From the NCBI RefSeq assembly GCF_011045215.1, contig NZ_CP049201.1: a DNA stretch of 64,000 nt; one strand, 5' to 3'. This document shows, one piece after another, positions 24,205 to 37,063 of this stretch; position 1 is the stretch's first letter, and every line of letters begins with the position of its first letter. The position numbers and the translations under genes were made by a program. The notes below the pieces were generated by a model. The model made no database searches and was not told the DNA's origin. It saw only the letters and a list, made by a program, of their open reading frames with translations. Origin of the DNA: Escherichia coli (lineage in GTDB: Bacteria > Pseudomonadota > Gammaproteobacteria > Enterobacterales > Enterobacteriaceae).

Positions 24205-25068
24205 TTATTCAATGTTCTGAATCTGCTCGCGCATCTGCTCAATCAACACTTTCAGCTCAATCGCGGAGTTTGTCACTTCGGCATTGATAGACTTCGAAGC
24301 AAGAGTGTTCGACTCGCGGTTGAACTCCTGCATCATAAAGTCCAGACGACGACCAACGGCTTCTTTTTTCTTCAGAATGTTGTACGTCTCTTTAACATGC
24401 GCTTCGAGGCGGTCCAGTTCTTCGGCAACGTCAATTCGTTGTGCCAGCAGAACCAACTCCTGCTCCAGACGGTTGTTTTCCAACTGCACCTGAGCATCTT
24501 CCAGCTTCGCGACCAAGCGTTCACGCTGCCATTGCAGGATTTCCGGCATATGGGAGCGGACTTTGACCACTTCGGCGGTGACGCCTTCCAGACGCTGCTC
24601 AATCAACGCTTTCAGCGCCTGACCTTCGGTTTCGCGAGCGATGATAAAGTCATCCAGGGTGCCATCCAACGCCGCGAGAATTTCAGCGGCAATCGCGTCG
24701 AGATCCTGCTCCTGGGCTGCCATCACGCCCGGCCAGCGTAGAATATCAACCGGGTTGATTTCCCCTTCGTCACTCTGCATTTTTACCCAGTTCGCGGCAG
24801 TTACCAGCTGTTTAGCCAGTTTTTCATTGAGGATCAGCTCACCTTGTGCGCTAACATCTGGCTCATAGCGCAGGGTACATTCCACTTTACCGCGCGTCAG
24901 GCGAGAACGAATACGCTCACGAACGACAGGTTCAAGGCTACGGAACTGCTCCGGCAGACGAAAGTAAGTTTCCAGATAACGCTGGTTTACCGAGCGCATT
25001 TCCCAGGTTGCGCTCCCCCATTCACCCTTGATTTCACGCCGGGCGTAGGCGGTCATACTGCGGATCAT
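24205..25068 (-). CDS. yicC: YicC-family (UPF0701) stress-induced protein
   Basis: 287 aa from MIRSMTAYARREIKGEWGSATWEMRSVNQRYLE; synteny. Confidence 0.9.
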   Translation of the reverse strand: MIRSMTAYARREIKGEWGSATWEMRSVNQRYLETYFRLPEQFRSLEPVVRERIRSRLTRGKVECTLRYEPDVSAQGELILNEKLAKQLVTAANWVKMQSDEGEINPVDILRWPGVMAAQEQDLDAIAAEILAALDGTLDDFIIARETEGQALKALIEQRLEGVTAEVVKVRSHMPEILQWQRERLVAKLEDAQVQLENNRLEQELVLLAQRIDVAEELDRLEAHVKETYNILKKKEAVGRRLDFMMQEFNRESNTLASKSINAEVTNSAIELKVLIEQMREQIQNIE

Positions 25069-25194
25069 AGACGTTCCTGTTTATAAAAGGAGAGGTGGAA
25101 GGATTATAGCCATCGATGCCTTGTCAGGATAGGAATAACCGCCGGAAGTCCGTATAATGCGCAGCCACATTTGTTTCAAGCCGGAGATTTCAAT

Positions 25195-25911
25195 ATGCGT
25201 CCAGCAGGCCGTAGCAATAATCAGGTGCGTCCCGTTACCCTGACTCGTAACTATACAAAACATGCAGAAGGCTCGGTGCTGGTCGAATTTGGCGATACCA
25301 AAGTGTTGTGTACCGCCTCTATTGAAGAAGGCGTGCCGCGCTTCCTGAAAGGTCAGGGCCAGGGCTGGATCACCGCAGAGTACGGCATGCTGCCACGTTC
25401 TACCCACACCCGTAACGCTCGTGAAGCGGCGAAAGGTAAGCAGGGTGGACGCACAATGGAAATCCAGCGTCTGATCGCCCGTGCTCTTCGCGCGGCAGTA
25501 GATTTGAAAGCGCTGGGTGAGTTCACCATTACGCTGGACTGCGACGTGCTTCAGGCTGATGGTGGCACGCGTACCGCGTCGATTACGGGTGCCTGCGTGG
25601 CGCTGGCAGATGCGCTACAGAAGCTGGTGGAAAACGGCAAGCTGAAAACCAACCCGATGAAAGGGATGGTAGCCGCAGTTTCTGTCGGAATTGTGAACGG
25701 CGAAGCGGTTTGCGATCTGGAATACGTTGAAGACTCAGCCGCAGAGACCGACATGAACGTAGTGATGACCGAAGACGGGCGCATCATTGAAGTGCAGGGG
25801 ACGGCAGAAGGCGAGCCGTTCACCCATGAAGAGTTACTCACCTTGTTGGCGCTGGCCCGAGGGGGAATCGAATCCATTGTAGCGACGCAGAAGGCGGCGC
25901 TGGCAAACTGA
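25195..25911 (+). CDS. rph: Ribonuclease PH, intact full-length form
   Basis: 238 aa from [41 protein letters not shown]; reads through to the wild-type C-terminus. Confidence 0.9.
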   Translation: MRPAGRSNNQVRPVTLTRNYTKHAEGSVLVEFGDTKVLCTASIEEGVPRFLKGQGQGWITAEYGMLPRSTHTRNAREAAKGKQGGRTMEIQRLIARALRAAVDLKALGEFTITLDCDVLQADGGTRTASITGACVALADALQKLVENGKLKTNPMKGMVAAVSVGIVNGEAVCDLEYVEDSAAETDMNVVMTEDGRIIEVQGTAEGEPFTHEELLTLLALARGGIESIVATQKAALAN

Positions 25912-25916
25912 TTTTT

Positions 25917-25944
25917 AAGGCGACTGATGAGTCGCCTTTTTTTT
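25917..25944 (+). terminator. pyrE attenuator hairpin in the rph-pyrE intercistronic region
   Basis: aaggcgactgatgagtcgcc followed by tttttttt, between the rph stop and the pyrE start. Confidence 0.6.
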
Positions 25945-25976
25945 GTCTGTAGAAAAGTAAGATGAGGAGCGAAGGC

Positions 25977-26618
25977 ATGAAACCATATCAGCGCCAGTTT
26001 ATTGAATTTGCGCTTAGCAAGCAGGTGTTAAAGTTTGGCGAGTTTACGCTGAAATCCGGGCGTAAAAGCCCCTATTTCTTCAACGCCGGGCTGTTTAATA
26101 CCGGGCGCGATCTGGCACTGTTAGGCCGTTTTTACGCTGAAGCATTGGTGGATTCCGGCATTGAGTTCGATCTGCTGTTTGGCCCTGCTTACAAAGGGAT
26201 CCCGATTGCTACCACAACCGCCGTGGCGCTGGCGGAGCATCATGACCTGGACCTGCCGTACTGCTTTAACCGCAAAGAGGCAAAAGACCACGGTGAAGGC
26301 GGCAATCTGGTCGGTAGCGCGTTACAAGGACGCGTAATGCTGGTGGATGATGTGATCACCGCCGGAACGGCGATTCGCGAGTCGATGGAAATTATTCAGG
26401 CTAATGGCGCGACGCTTGCTGGCGTGTTGATTTCGCTCGATCGTCAGGAACGTGGGCGCGGCGAGATTTCGGCGATTCAGGAAGTTGAGCGTGATTACAA
26501 CTGCAAGGTGATCTCTATCATTACCCTGAAAGACTTGATTGCTTACCTGGAAGAGAAGCCAGAAATGGCGGAACATCTGGCGGCGGTTAAGGCCTATCGC
26601 GAAGAGTTTGGCGTTTAA
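25977..26618 (+). CDS. pyrE: Orotate phosphoribosyltransferase
   Basis: 213 aa from [38 protein letters not shown]. Confidence 0.95.
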
Positions 26619-26624
26619 AAATAT

Positions 26625-26905
26625 GCGCTGTGCAGGGTTTTTGCTGTGCACAGCGTGATGCGCTTTAAGATATCGTGTTAATCTGCTTTCGCCAGCAGTG
26701 GCAATAGCGTTTCCGGCCTTTTGTGCCGGGAGGGTCGGCGAGTCGCTGACTTAACGCCAGTAGTATGTCCATATACCCAAAGTCGCTTCATTGTACTTAA
26801 GTACGCTTCGCGTACGTCGCGCTGACGCGCTCAGTACAGTTACGCGCCTTCGGGATGGTTTAATGGTATTGCCGCTGTTGGCACCTCTTTTGGCCGCCGT
26901 GATGT
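26625..26905 (+). ncRNA. Putative retron msr/msd non-coding region (template for msDNA); boundaries approximate
   Basis: About 290 bp non-coding stretch between the pyrE stop and the RT start, with several inverted repeats (cgctgtgca...tgcacagcg at 26626-26655; ccggc...gccgg at 26713-26729; gtacttaagtac at 26793-26804). The position immediately 5' of a retron-type RT is the canonical msr-msd location. Exact a1/a2 repeats and the branching G were not resolved by eye. Confidence 0.45.
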
Positions 26906-26915
26906 GGAGAGTGGA

Positions 26916-27875
26916 ATGGATGCTACCCGGATACCCCTTCTGACGCTCGATTTGTTCGGCTCGCCGGGCTGGAGCGCCGATAAAGAAATACAGCGGCTGT
27001 ATGCGCTCAGTAATCATGCCGGACGCCATTACCGACGCATTATTCTTTCTAAACGCCACGGTGGCCAGCGGTTGGTATTAGCCCCTGATTACTTGCTCAA
27101 AACCGTACAGCGCAACATTCTTAAGAACGTCCTTTCACAATTTCCGCTTTCCCCTTTTGCTACAGCCTACCGACCAGGTTGCCCAATCGTCAGCAACGCG
27201 CAGCCACACTGCCAACAGCCGCAGATCCTGAAACTCGATATCGAAAACTTTTTCGATAGCATTAGCTGGTTACAGGTCTGGCGTGTGTTTCGCCAGGCCC
27301 AGTTGCCACGTAATGTGGTAACCATGCTGACCTGGATTTGTTGTTATAACGACGCGTTACCGCAGGGGGCACCAACTTCGCCAGCCATTTCCAATCTTGT
27401 GATGCGCTGTTTTGATGAACGCATAGGGGAATGGTGTCAGGCTCGGGGAATTACCTACACCCGCTACTGCGATGACATGACCTTTTCAGGTCACTTCAAT
27501 GCCCGCCAGGTTAAAAATAAAGTGTGCGGATTGTTAGCGGAGCTGGGCCTGAGCCTCAATCAACGCAAAAGCTGCCTGATAGCTGCCTGTAAGCGCCAGC
27601 AGGTAACCGGGATTGTTGTTAATCACAAACCACAGCTTGCCCGCGAAGCGCGCCGGGCGCTGCGTCAGGAAGTACACTTGTGCCAAAAATATGGCGTTAT
27701 TTCGCATCTTAGTCATCGTGGTGAACTTGATCCTTCTGGCGATCTCCACGCACAGGCAACGGCGTATCTTTATGCTTTGCAGGGAAGAATAAACTGGTTA
27801 TTGCAAATCAACCCTGAGGATGAGGCCTTTCAACAGGCGAGAGAGAGTGTTAAGCGAATGCTGGTTGCAGGGTAA
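26916..27875 (+). CDS. Retron-type reverse transcriptase
   Basis: 319 aa from MDATRIPLL. RT finger/palm motifs: QGAPTSPAISNLV, catalytic YCDD box (YTRYCDDMTFSG) and the retron-characteristic VTG region (RQQVTGIVVNHKP). No extra fused domains. Sits in an insertion between pyrE and slmA. Confidence 0.8.
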   Translation: MDATRIPLLTLDLFGSPGWSADKEIQRLYALSNHAGRHYRRIILSKRHGGQRLVLAPDYLLKTVQRNILKNVLSQFPLSPFATAYRPGCPIVSNAQPHCQQPQILKLDIENFFDSISWLQVWRVFRQAQLPRNVVTMLTWICCYNDALPQGAPTSPAISNLVMRCFDERIGEWCQARGITYTRYCDDMTFSGHFNARQVKNKVCGLLAELGLSLNQRKSCLIAACKRQQVTGIVVNHKPQLAREARRALRQEVHLCQKYGVISHLSHRGELDPSGDLHAQATAYLYALQGRINWLLQINPEDEAFQQARESVKRMLVAG

Positions 27876-27920
27876 GAAAAGCGTCAGGCAGACGTTTCTG
27901 CCTGACCGTTTAGGGGAGAA

Positions 27921-28517
27921 TTACTGCAACTGCGCGGCAATTAGCGGCCAGCGGGCGTCAAAATCATCCGTCGGGCGATATTTAAATTCGCTGCGGACAA
28001 AACGTGACAGCATACCTTCACAGAAGGCCAGGATCTGGCTTGCCAGCAGGGTTTCATCGGTGGTGTAACCTTCACTCTCACGCATTCTCTTTTCACGCAA
28101 TACCTGACGCAGCTGCGCTTCAATACGCTCGAAAAGTTGGTTGATGCGCCCTTGCAGGCGGTCTTGTTCAAACATCAGCGCATGCCCGGTAAGGATGCGG
28201 GTCAGGCCAGGATTACGCTCACCAAAACCGAGGAGCAACAACACGATCAGACGCAGGCGCGCTGTGGTGTCTTTCTCATCTTTCAGAATCAAATTGATGC
28301 GAGTAATCAGGCTATCTTCGATAAACTCAATCAGGCTATCGAACATGCGGGTCTTACTGGGGAAGTGGCGATACAGTGCCGCTTCGGAAACGCCGACAGA
28401 GGCGGCCAGTTTTGCCGTCGTGATACGTTGGCTTCCATCGCTGGATTCCAGCATCAGCGCCAGAGACTGAAGTATTTCCTCGCGACGGTTCCTTTTCGCA
28501 GTTTGTTTTTCTGCCAT
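27921..28517 (-). CDS. slmA: Nucleoid occlusion factor SlmA (TetR family)
   Basis: 198 aa from [52 protein letters not shown]. Confidence 0.9.
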   Translation of the reverse strand: MAEKQTAKRNRREEILQSLALMLESSDGSQRITTAKLAASVGVSEAALYRHFPSKTRMFDSLIEFIEDSLITRINLILKDEKDTTARLRLIVLLLLGFGERNPGLTRILTGHALMFEQDRLQGRINQLFERIEAQLRQVLREKRMRESEGYTTDETLLASQILAFCEGMLSRFVRSEFKYRPTDDFDARWPLIAAQLQ

Positions 28518-28623
28518 GTTACAAAATACCCCTGAAAATAAGCACTTGCCAGGCGGCACCCACGCTATGACCGCAAACGAAATGTTTGCGGCTATGTTAT
28601 GACGTTATTCGGATGCGTATGTG

Positions 28624-29082
28624 TTACTGACGACCAGAGTGACCAAAGCCGCCTTCACCGCGGTCGGTGGCGTCGAAATCTTCCACCAGATTAAATTCAG
28701 CCTGTACTACCGGAACAAAAATCATCTGGGCGATGCGTTCGCCAGGTTGAATGGTGAAGCTGTCCTGACCACGGTTCCACACGGAAATCATCAACTGGCC
28801 CTGATAGTCAGAATCGATCAATCCTACCAGGTTACCAAGCACGATACCGTGCTTATGTCCCAATCCGGAGCGAGGCAGCATCATTGCCGCCAGTGAAGGA
28901 TCGGCAATATGAATCGCCAGCCCGGTCGGAACCAGCGTAGTGTCACCCGGAGCCAGTTCTACGGCGTCGTCGAGACAGGCACGCAGGTCAAGTCCGGCAG
29001 AGCCAGAGGTGGCATAAGTCGGGAGCGGAAATTCCTTCCCAACGCGCGGGTCCAGAATCTTAACGTCGATTTTTTTCATCAT
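28624..29082 (-). CDS. dut: dUTP diphosphatase
   Basis: 152 aa, [35 protein letters not shown]. Confidence 0.95.
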
Positions 29083-30280
29083 AACGGGTCACGATCTCGT
29101 CGAGTAATAATTGGCCAAGGAGCTCTTTTCGCTCAAGCGGTAAGACTTTATCTCCGTCCTGCCAGAAAAGGTGTAATGCGTTGTTGTCGCTGTTAAATCC
29201 TTGAGTTGGCTGGGAAACATCGTTCGCGCAGATCAGATCAAGGTTTTTACGGATACGTTTTTGCCGGGCGTATTCTTCCACATTATTTGTTTCGGCGGCA
29301 AATCCAACGACGTAGGGTCGATGGTCTTTTAGTGCGGCAACGCCTGCGACGATATCGGGGTTTTTAACCATTTTTATTGTTAATTCATCACCCTGCGTGG
29401 CCTGCTTTTTGATTTTTTCTGGGGCCACGGTAGCTGCGCGATAATCCGCCACGGCGGCGCAGCCGATAAAAATATTTTGCTGCTGTACAGAAGCATTCAC
29501 GGCGGCTTCCATTTCCAGCGCAGTCATCACATCAACACGTTTAACAAACGGTGGCGTCGGTAGTGATACCGGACCTGATATCAGCGTGACGTTCGCGCCA
29601 CGACGGGCGGCGGCGGCGGCGATAGCAAAACCCATCTTGCCGGAGCTGTGATTAGAGATATAACGCACCGGATCGAGCGGTTCACGCGTCGGGCCGGCGG
29701 TAATCATAATGTTCAGATGTTTCAGGTCGTTGACGGGCGAAAAATGCGCTACCGCCATATCCACAATGGTTAACGGATCGAGCATTCGCCCAGGGCCGAT
29801 ATCACCACAAGCCTGACTGCCACTGTCTGGCCCCCAGATGAGCAAACCACGGGAGGAAAGCACCTCTAAATTATGCTGCGTGGCAGCGGCACGGTACATC
29901 TGCTGGTTCATGGCGGGGAGCACGGCTACAGGCGCAGGTGTAGCCAGACAAATCGTCGATACCAGGTCATTCGCCATTCCGGCAGCAACACGGGCAATCA
30001 AATCTGCCGTGGCAGGGGCGAGAATCACTAAATCAGCCCATTTACCCAGCTCAATATGGCCCATAGCGGCTTCGGCTGCCGGGTCCAGCAGACTGTCGGA
30101 AACGGGATAACCAGAAACCGCCTGCAAGCTAAGTGGGGTGATAAAGGCTTTTGCCGCTTCGGTCATGGCTACGCGGACGTCGGCCCCGCGATCGCGCAAA
30201 CGACGCACCAGTTCAGGGGTTTTATAGGCAGCAATACCGCCGCTAACGCCGAGAACGATTTTTTTACCGGCCAGGCTCAT
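29060..30280 (-). CDS. coaBC: Bifunctional phosphopantothenoylcysteine decarboxylase / phosphopantothenate-cysteine ligase
   Basis: 406 aa from [20 protein letters not shown]; the track ORF has a 24-codon upstream extension. Confidence 0.95.
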
Positions 30281-30451
30281 GATGATTTTTCCTGTTGGGT
30301 GACACCAGAAGTTGGCGATTTTATCACAATACTTTTGTTGTCGTGCCTTCACCTGAGAATCACTTTGCGAGGCGCTTTCCAGGATTGAAAACTGGCCGTC
30401 GATTTAACGGAACGGCTATGACAGGATGCGAGCACCACAAAGGAGGTGAAG

Positions 30452-31120
30452 GTGAAAAACAATGCACTGCTGTTGATGCCGCGCGAAAAAATGCTGAAGT
30501 TTGGTATTAGCGCCTTAACGGATGTCGAGCTGCTGGCGCTATTTCTGCGTACCGGAACGCGCGGTAAAGATGTATTAACCCTGGCAAAAGAGATGCTGGA
30601 GAATTTCGGCTCTCTTTATGGCTTGTTAACCTCTGAATATGAACAATTTAGTGGTGTTCATGGAATTGGCGTGGCGAAATTTGCCCAGTTAAAGGGGATT
30701 GCTGAACTGGCGCGGCGTTACTACAACGTGCGGATGCGTGAAGAAAGCCCTTTACTCAGCCCGGAGATGACGCGGGAATTTTTACAAAGCCAGCTCACGG
30801 GTGAGGAGCGGGAGATCTTTATGGTGATCTTTCTCGACTCACAACACCGGGTTATAACGCATAGCCGTCTTTTTTCCGGCACGCTAAACCATGTTGAAGT
30901 CCATCCTCGGGAAATTATCCGCGAAGCGATAAAAATAAACGCCTCGGCGCTGATCCTTGCACATAATCACCCTTCGGGTTGTGCTGAACCCAGTAAAGCG
31001 GATAAACTCATTACTGAACGGATAATAAAGAGTTGTCAGTTCATGGATTTACGCGTGCTCGACCATATCGTGATTGGGCGTGGAGAGTATGTTTCTTTTG
31101 CCGAACGCGGCTGGATTTAA
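30452..31120 (+). CDS. yicR: RadC-like JAB-domain protein (UPF0758)
   Basis: 222 aa from a GTG start 5 nt downstream of an AGGAGG Shine-Dalgarno; JAMM-type motif HNHPSG. Confidence 0.85.
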   Translation: MKNNALLLMPREKMLKFGISALTDVELLALFLRTGTRGKDVLTLAKEMLENFGSLYGLLTSEYEQFSGVHGIGVAKFAQLKGIAELARRYYNVRMREESPLLSPEMTREFLQSQLTGEEREIFMVIFLDSQHRVITHSRLFSGTLNHVEVHPREIIREAIKINASALILAHNHPSGCAEPSKADKLITERIIKSCQFMDLRVLDHIVIGRGEYVSFAERGWI

Positions 31121-31315
31121 CCCGCTATGCGCGATCCTTCGGGATCTTTGTCTGTTCGGGACTTGAGCACATCGCTGAGTCAGCGTATACTACGCCACCT
31201 TTGAGAATCTCGGGTTTGGCATTTGGGCCTGGCAATCGAGAGTTCACATAGAACTGCGATGACCGGGCTGTAAAGCCTGACGAGGCGCCAATACCCCATA
31301 CGAAGCTCGAGCTAA

Positions 31316-31573
<258 letters not shown>

Positions 31574-31590
31574 GTACTTAGAGGAAATAA

Positions 31591-31761
<171 letters not shown>

Positions 31762-31778
31762 TTCTCGCTTTGATGTAA

Positions 31779-31808
31779 CAAAAAACCTCGCTCCGGCGGG
31801 GTTTTTTG
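31779..31808 (+). terminator. Rho-independent terminator of rpmBG
   Basis: aaaaacctcgctccggcggggttttttg: GC-rich hairpin followed by a T-run. Confidence 0.5.
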
Positions 31809-31858
31809 TTATCTGCTTGCCCCCATATTGACTGCATCTGTTCATTCCTGGAGATGCT

Positions 31859-32668
31859 ATGCCTGAATTACCCGAAGTTGAAACCAGCCGTCGCGGCATA
31901 GAACCGCATCTCGTTGGTGCAACCATTCTTCATGCGGTGGTGCGCAACGGACGCTTGCGCTGGCCGGTTTCAGAAGAGATCTACCGTTTAAGCGACCAAC
32001 CAGTGCTTAGCGTGCAGCGGCGGGCTAAATATCTGCTGCTGGAGCTGCCTGAGGGCTGGATTATCATTCATTTGGGGATGTCTGGCAGCCTGCGCATCCT
32101 TCCAGAAGAACTTCCCCCTGAAAAGCATGACCATGTGGATTTGGTGATGAGCAACGGTAAAGTGCTGCGCTACACCGATCCGCGCCGCTTTGGTGCCTGG
32201 CTGTGGACCAAAGAGCTGGAAGGGCACAACGTGCTGGCTCATCTTGGACCGGAGCCGCTTAGCGACGATTTCAATGGTGAGTACCTGCATCAGAAGTGCG
32301 CGAAGAAAAAAACGGCGATTAAACCGTGGCTGATGGATAACAAGCTGGTGGTAGGGGTAGGGAATATCTATGCCAGCGAATCACTGTTTGCGGCGGGGAT
32401 CCATCCGGATCGGCTGGCGTCATCACTGTCGCTGGCAGAGTGTGAATTGTTAGCTCGGGTGATTAAAGCGGTGTTGCTGCGTTCGATTGAGCAGGGTGGT
32501 ACAACGCTGAAAGATTTTCTGCAAAGTGATGGTAAACCGGGCTATTTCGCGCAGGAATTGCAGGTTTACGGGCGAAAAGGCGAGCCCTGTCGGGTGTGCG
32601 GTACGCCGATTGTGGCGACTAAACATGCGCAGCGGGCAACGTTTTATTGTCGGCAGTGCCAGAAGTAA
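31859..32668 (+). CDS. mutM: Formamidopyrimidine-DNA glycosylase
   Basis: 269 aa starting MPELPEVET (N-terminal Pro-Glu catalytic dyad); C-terminal zinc finger CRVCGTPI...CRQCQ. Confidence 0.95.
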
Positions 32669-32706
32669 TTCATGCGCGCCGGATGGCATACCATCCGGCA
32701 TAAACG

Positions 32707-34471
<1,765 letters not shown>

Positions 34472-34822
34472 AGTAAATAGCTGACTTATGGATGTGCTGG
34501 GGATTCTATGTATTTAGCTGTGGCTTTACCATTACTTTTCCCGTTTTTGACTTAAATAGCAATTTACCCGCCAATTCTTGCTGAACATCTATACTTTTTT
34601 TGTATTTTTATGCGATTCATTGATTTCTGCTGTACGTGCAGGAAGGAATCGCAGAGCAACAGTGAAAGAATATGGTTGCTAATGATTATATTTGATTGAT
34701 TTCTTTATTGAAAATCAACAATGTGCTTAAAAATCATTCGGGTCGGATTGCCGCGAAAGAAGTGATACACTAGCGCGTCAATATCAGTGCGGTATCAGTA
34801 TTCAGGTAGCTGTTGAGCCTGG

Positions 34823-34834
34823 GGCGGTAGCGTG
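34823..34834 (+). promoter_or_regulatory. ops element (RfaH-dependent antitermination signal) in the JUMPstart region upstream of waaQ
   Basis: GGCGGTAGCGTG in the 5' leader of the waaQ operon. Confidence 0.7.
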
Positions 34835-34883
34835 CTTTTTCTGCTTCACCTTAATCGGATAATCTCAACAAAAAGAGTTACTT

Positions 34884-35942
34884 GTGGATAAGCCATTTCG
34901 AAGAATTTTGCTCATTAAGATGCGTTTTCATGGGGATATGTTATTAACTACTCCCGTCATTAGTTCGCTGAAAAAAAATTACCCTGACGCAAAAATCGAT
35001 GTGCTGCTTTATCAGGACACCATCCCGATCCTGTCTGAAAATCCAGAGATTAACGCGCTCTACGGCATAAAAAATAAAAAAGCAAAAGCCTCAGAAAAAA
35101 TTGCCAACTTTTTTCATCTCATCAAGGTATTACGTGCCAATAAGTATGACCTTATCGTCAATCTTACCGATCAATGGATGGTTGCTATACTGGTTCGCTT
35201 ATTAAATGCCCGTGTGAAAATTTCCCAGGATTATCATCATCGGCAGTCTGCTTTTTGGCGTAAAAGTTTCACCCATTTGGTGCCGTTGCAGGGTGGAAAT
35301 GTGGTGGAAAGTAACTTATCCGTGCTGACACCATTGGGACTTGATTCGTTGGTGAAGCAGACAACCATGAGTTACCCGCCTGCAAGCTGGAAACGTATGC
35401 GTCGCGAACTTGATCACGCTGGTGTTGGACAAAATTATGTGGTTATCCAACCTACGGCGCGGCAAATCTTCAAATGCTGGGACAACGCCAAGTTTTCCGC
35501 TGTGATTGATGCCTTACATGCTCGTGGTTATGAAGTCGTTCTGACGTCCGGCCCAGATAAAGACGATCTGGCCTGCGTCAATGAAATTGCGCAGGGATGC
35601 CAGACGCCACCAGTAACGGCGCTGGCTGGAAAGGTGACCTTCCCGGAACTTGGTGCGTTAATCGATCATGCGCAGCTGTTTATTGGCGTTGATTCCGCAC
35701 CGGCGCATATTGCCGCTGCAGTTAATACGCCGCTGATATCGCTGTTTGGTGCGACAGACCATATTTTCTGGCGTCCCTGGTCAAATAACATGATTCAATT
35801 CTGGGCGGGAGATTACCGGGAAATGCCAACGCGCGATCAGCGTGACCGAAATGAGATGTATCTTTCGGTTATTCCGGCGGCAGATGTCTTTGCTGCTGTC
35901 GATAAATTACTGCCCTCCTCCACGACAGGTACGTCGTTATGA
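34884..35942 (+). CDS. waaQ: LPS heptosyltransferase III
   Basis: GT9 heptosyltransferase; first gene of the long waa operon. The start is uncertain (GTG at 34884 or a downstream codon). Confidence 0.85.
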   Translation: MDKPFRRILLIKMRFHGDMLLTTPVISSLKKNYPDAKIDVLLYQDTIPILSENPEINALYGIKNKKAKASEKIANFFHLIKVLRANKYDLIVNLTDQWMVAILVRLLNARVKISQDYHHRQSAFWRKSFTHLVPLQGGNVVESNLSVLTPLGLDSLVKQTTMSYPPASWKRMRRELDHAGVGQNYVVIQPTARQIFKCWDNAKFSAVIDALHARGYEVVLTSGPDKDDLACVNEIAQGCQTPPVTALAGKVTFPELGALIDHAQLFIGVDSAPAHIAAAVNTPLISLFGATDHIFWRPWSNNMIQFWAGDYREMPTRDQRDRNEMYLSVIPAADVFAAVDKLLPSSTTGTSL

Positions 35943-37063
35943 TCGTTGCTTTTTGTTTATATAAATATTTTCCCTTTGGCGGTTTGCAGCGCGATTTTAT
36001 GCGTATTGCTCAGACAGTCGCCGCCCGAGGTCATCATGTTCGGGTTTATACCCAGTCGTGGGAAGGCGAATGCCCTGATGTATTTGAACTGATCAAAGTG
36101 CCGGTTAAATCGCATACCAATCACGGGCGCAATGCGGAGTATTTTGCCTGGGTGCAAAAACATTTACGCGAACATCCCGTCGATAAAGTCGTTGGATTCA
36201 ACAAAATGCCGGGGCTGGACGTTTATTATGCCGCTGATGTTTGTTATGCCGAGAAAGTAGCGCAGGAAAAAGGCTTTTTCTATCGCCTGACGTCACGTTA
36301 TCGCCATTATGCCGCCTTTGAGCGGGCAACCTTCGAACAGGGCAAGCCGACACAGCTGCTAATGCTGACAGATAAGCAAATCGCCGATTTCCAGAAACAT
36401 TATCAGACTGAAGCGGAGCGTTTTCATATTCTGCCACCGGGGATTTATCCTGATCGTAAATATAGCCAGCAGCCAGCTAATAGCCGTGAAATCTTCCGTA
36501 AGAAGAATGGAATAACCGAACAACAATATTTATTGTTGCAGGTCGGTTCAGACTTCACGCGTAAAGGTGTCGATCGTTCCATTGAAGCACTTGCTTCGTT
36601 ACCGGATTCGCTGCGCCACAACACATTGCTATATGTTGTTGGGCAGGATAAACCGCGAAAATTTGAGGCGCTGGCAGAAAAACGCGGCGTGCGCAGTAAT
36701 GTTCACTTCTTCTCGGGGCGCAACGATGTCTCGGAATTAATGGCGGCGGCGGATTTATTACTGCATCCTGCCTACCAGGAAGCGGCGGGAATTGTGCTGC
36801 TGGAAGCGATTACTGCAGGATTACCGGTACTAACAACAGCCGTTTGTGGCTATGCGCATTATATTGTCGAGGCCAATTGCGGCGAGGCTATTGTTGAGCC
36901 ATTCCGCCAGGAAACATTGAATGAGATTTTACGCAAAGCGTTAACGCAATCTTCATTGCGCCAGGCCTGGTCGGAAAATGCGCGACATTATGCTGATACA
37001 CAAGATTTATACAGTCTGCCAGAGAAAGCGGCGGATATCATAACGGGTGGTCTGGATGGTTGA
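35939..37063 (+). CDS. waaG: LPS core glucosyltransferase I (GT4)
   Basis: 374 aa; overlaps the waaQ stop by 4 nt (ATGA). Confidence 0.9.
   Translation: MIVAFCLYKYFPFGGLQRDFMRIAQTVAARGHHVRVYTQSWEGECPDVFELIKVPVKSHTNHGRNAEYFAWVQKHLREHPVDKVVGFNKMPGLDVYYAADVCYAEKVAQEKGFFYRLTSRYRHYAAFERATFEQGKPTQLLMLTDKQIADFQKHYQTEAERFHILPPGIYPDRKYSQQPANSREIFRKKNGITEQQYLLLQVGSDFTRKGVDRSIEALASLPDSLRHNTLLYVVGQDKPRKFEALAEKRGVRSNVHFFSGRNDVSELMAAADLLLHPAYQEAAGIVLLEAITAGLPVLTTAVCGYAHYIVEANCGEAIVEPFRQETLNEILRKALTQSSLRQAWSENARHYADTQDLYSLPEKAADIITGGLDG

Noticed and set aside
26751-27059. 102-aa minus-strand ORF in the retron region, considered as a possible retron effector
   Set aside because: It is antisense to the putative msr/msd and to the RT start; no ribosome-binding context or motif. 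Treated as non-coding.
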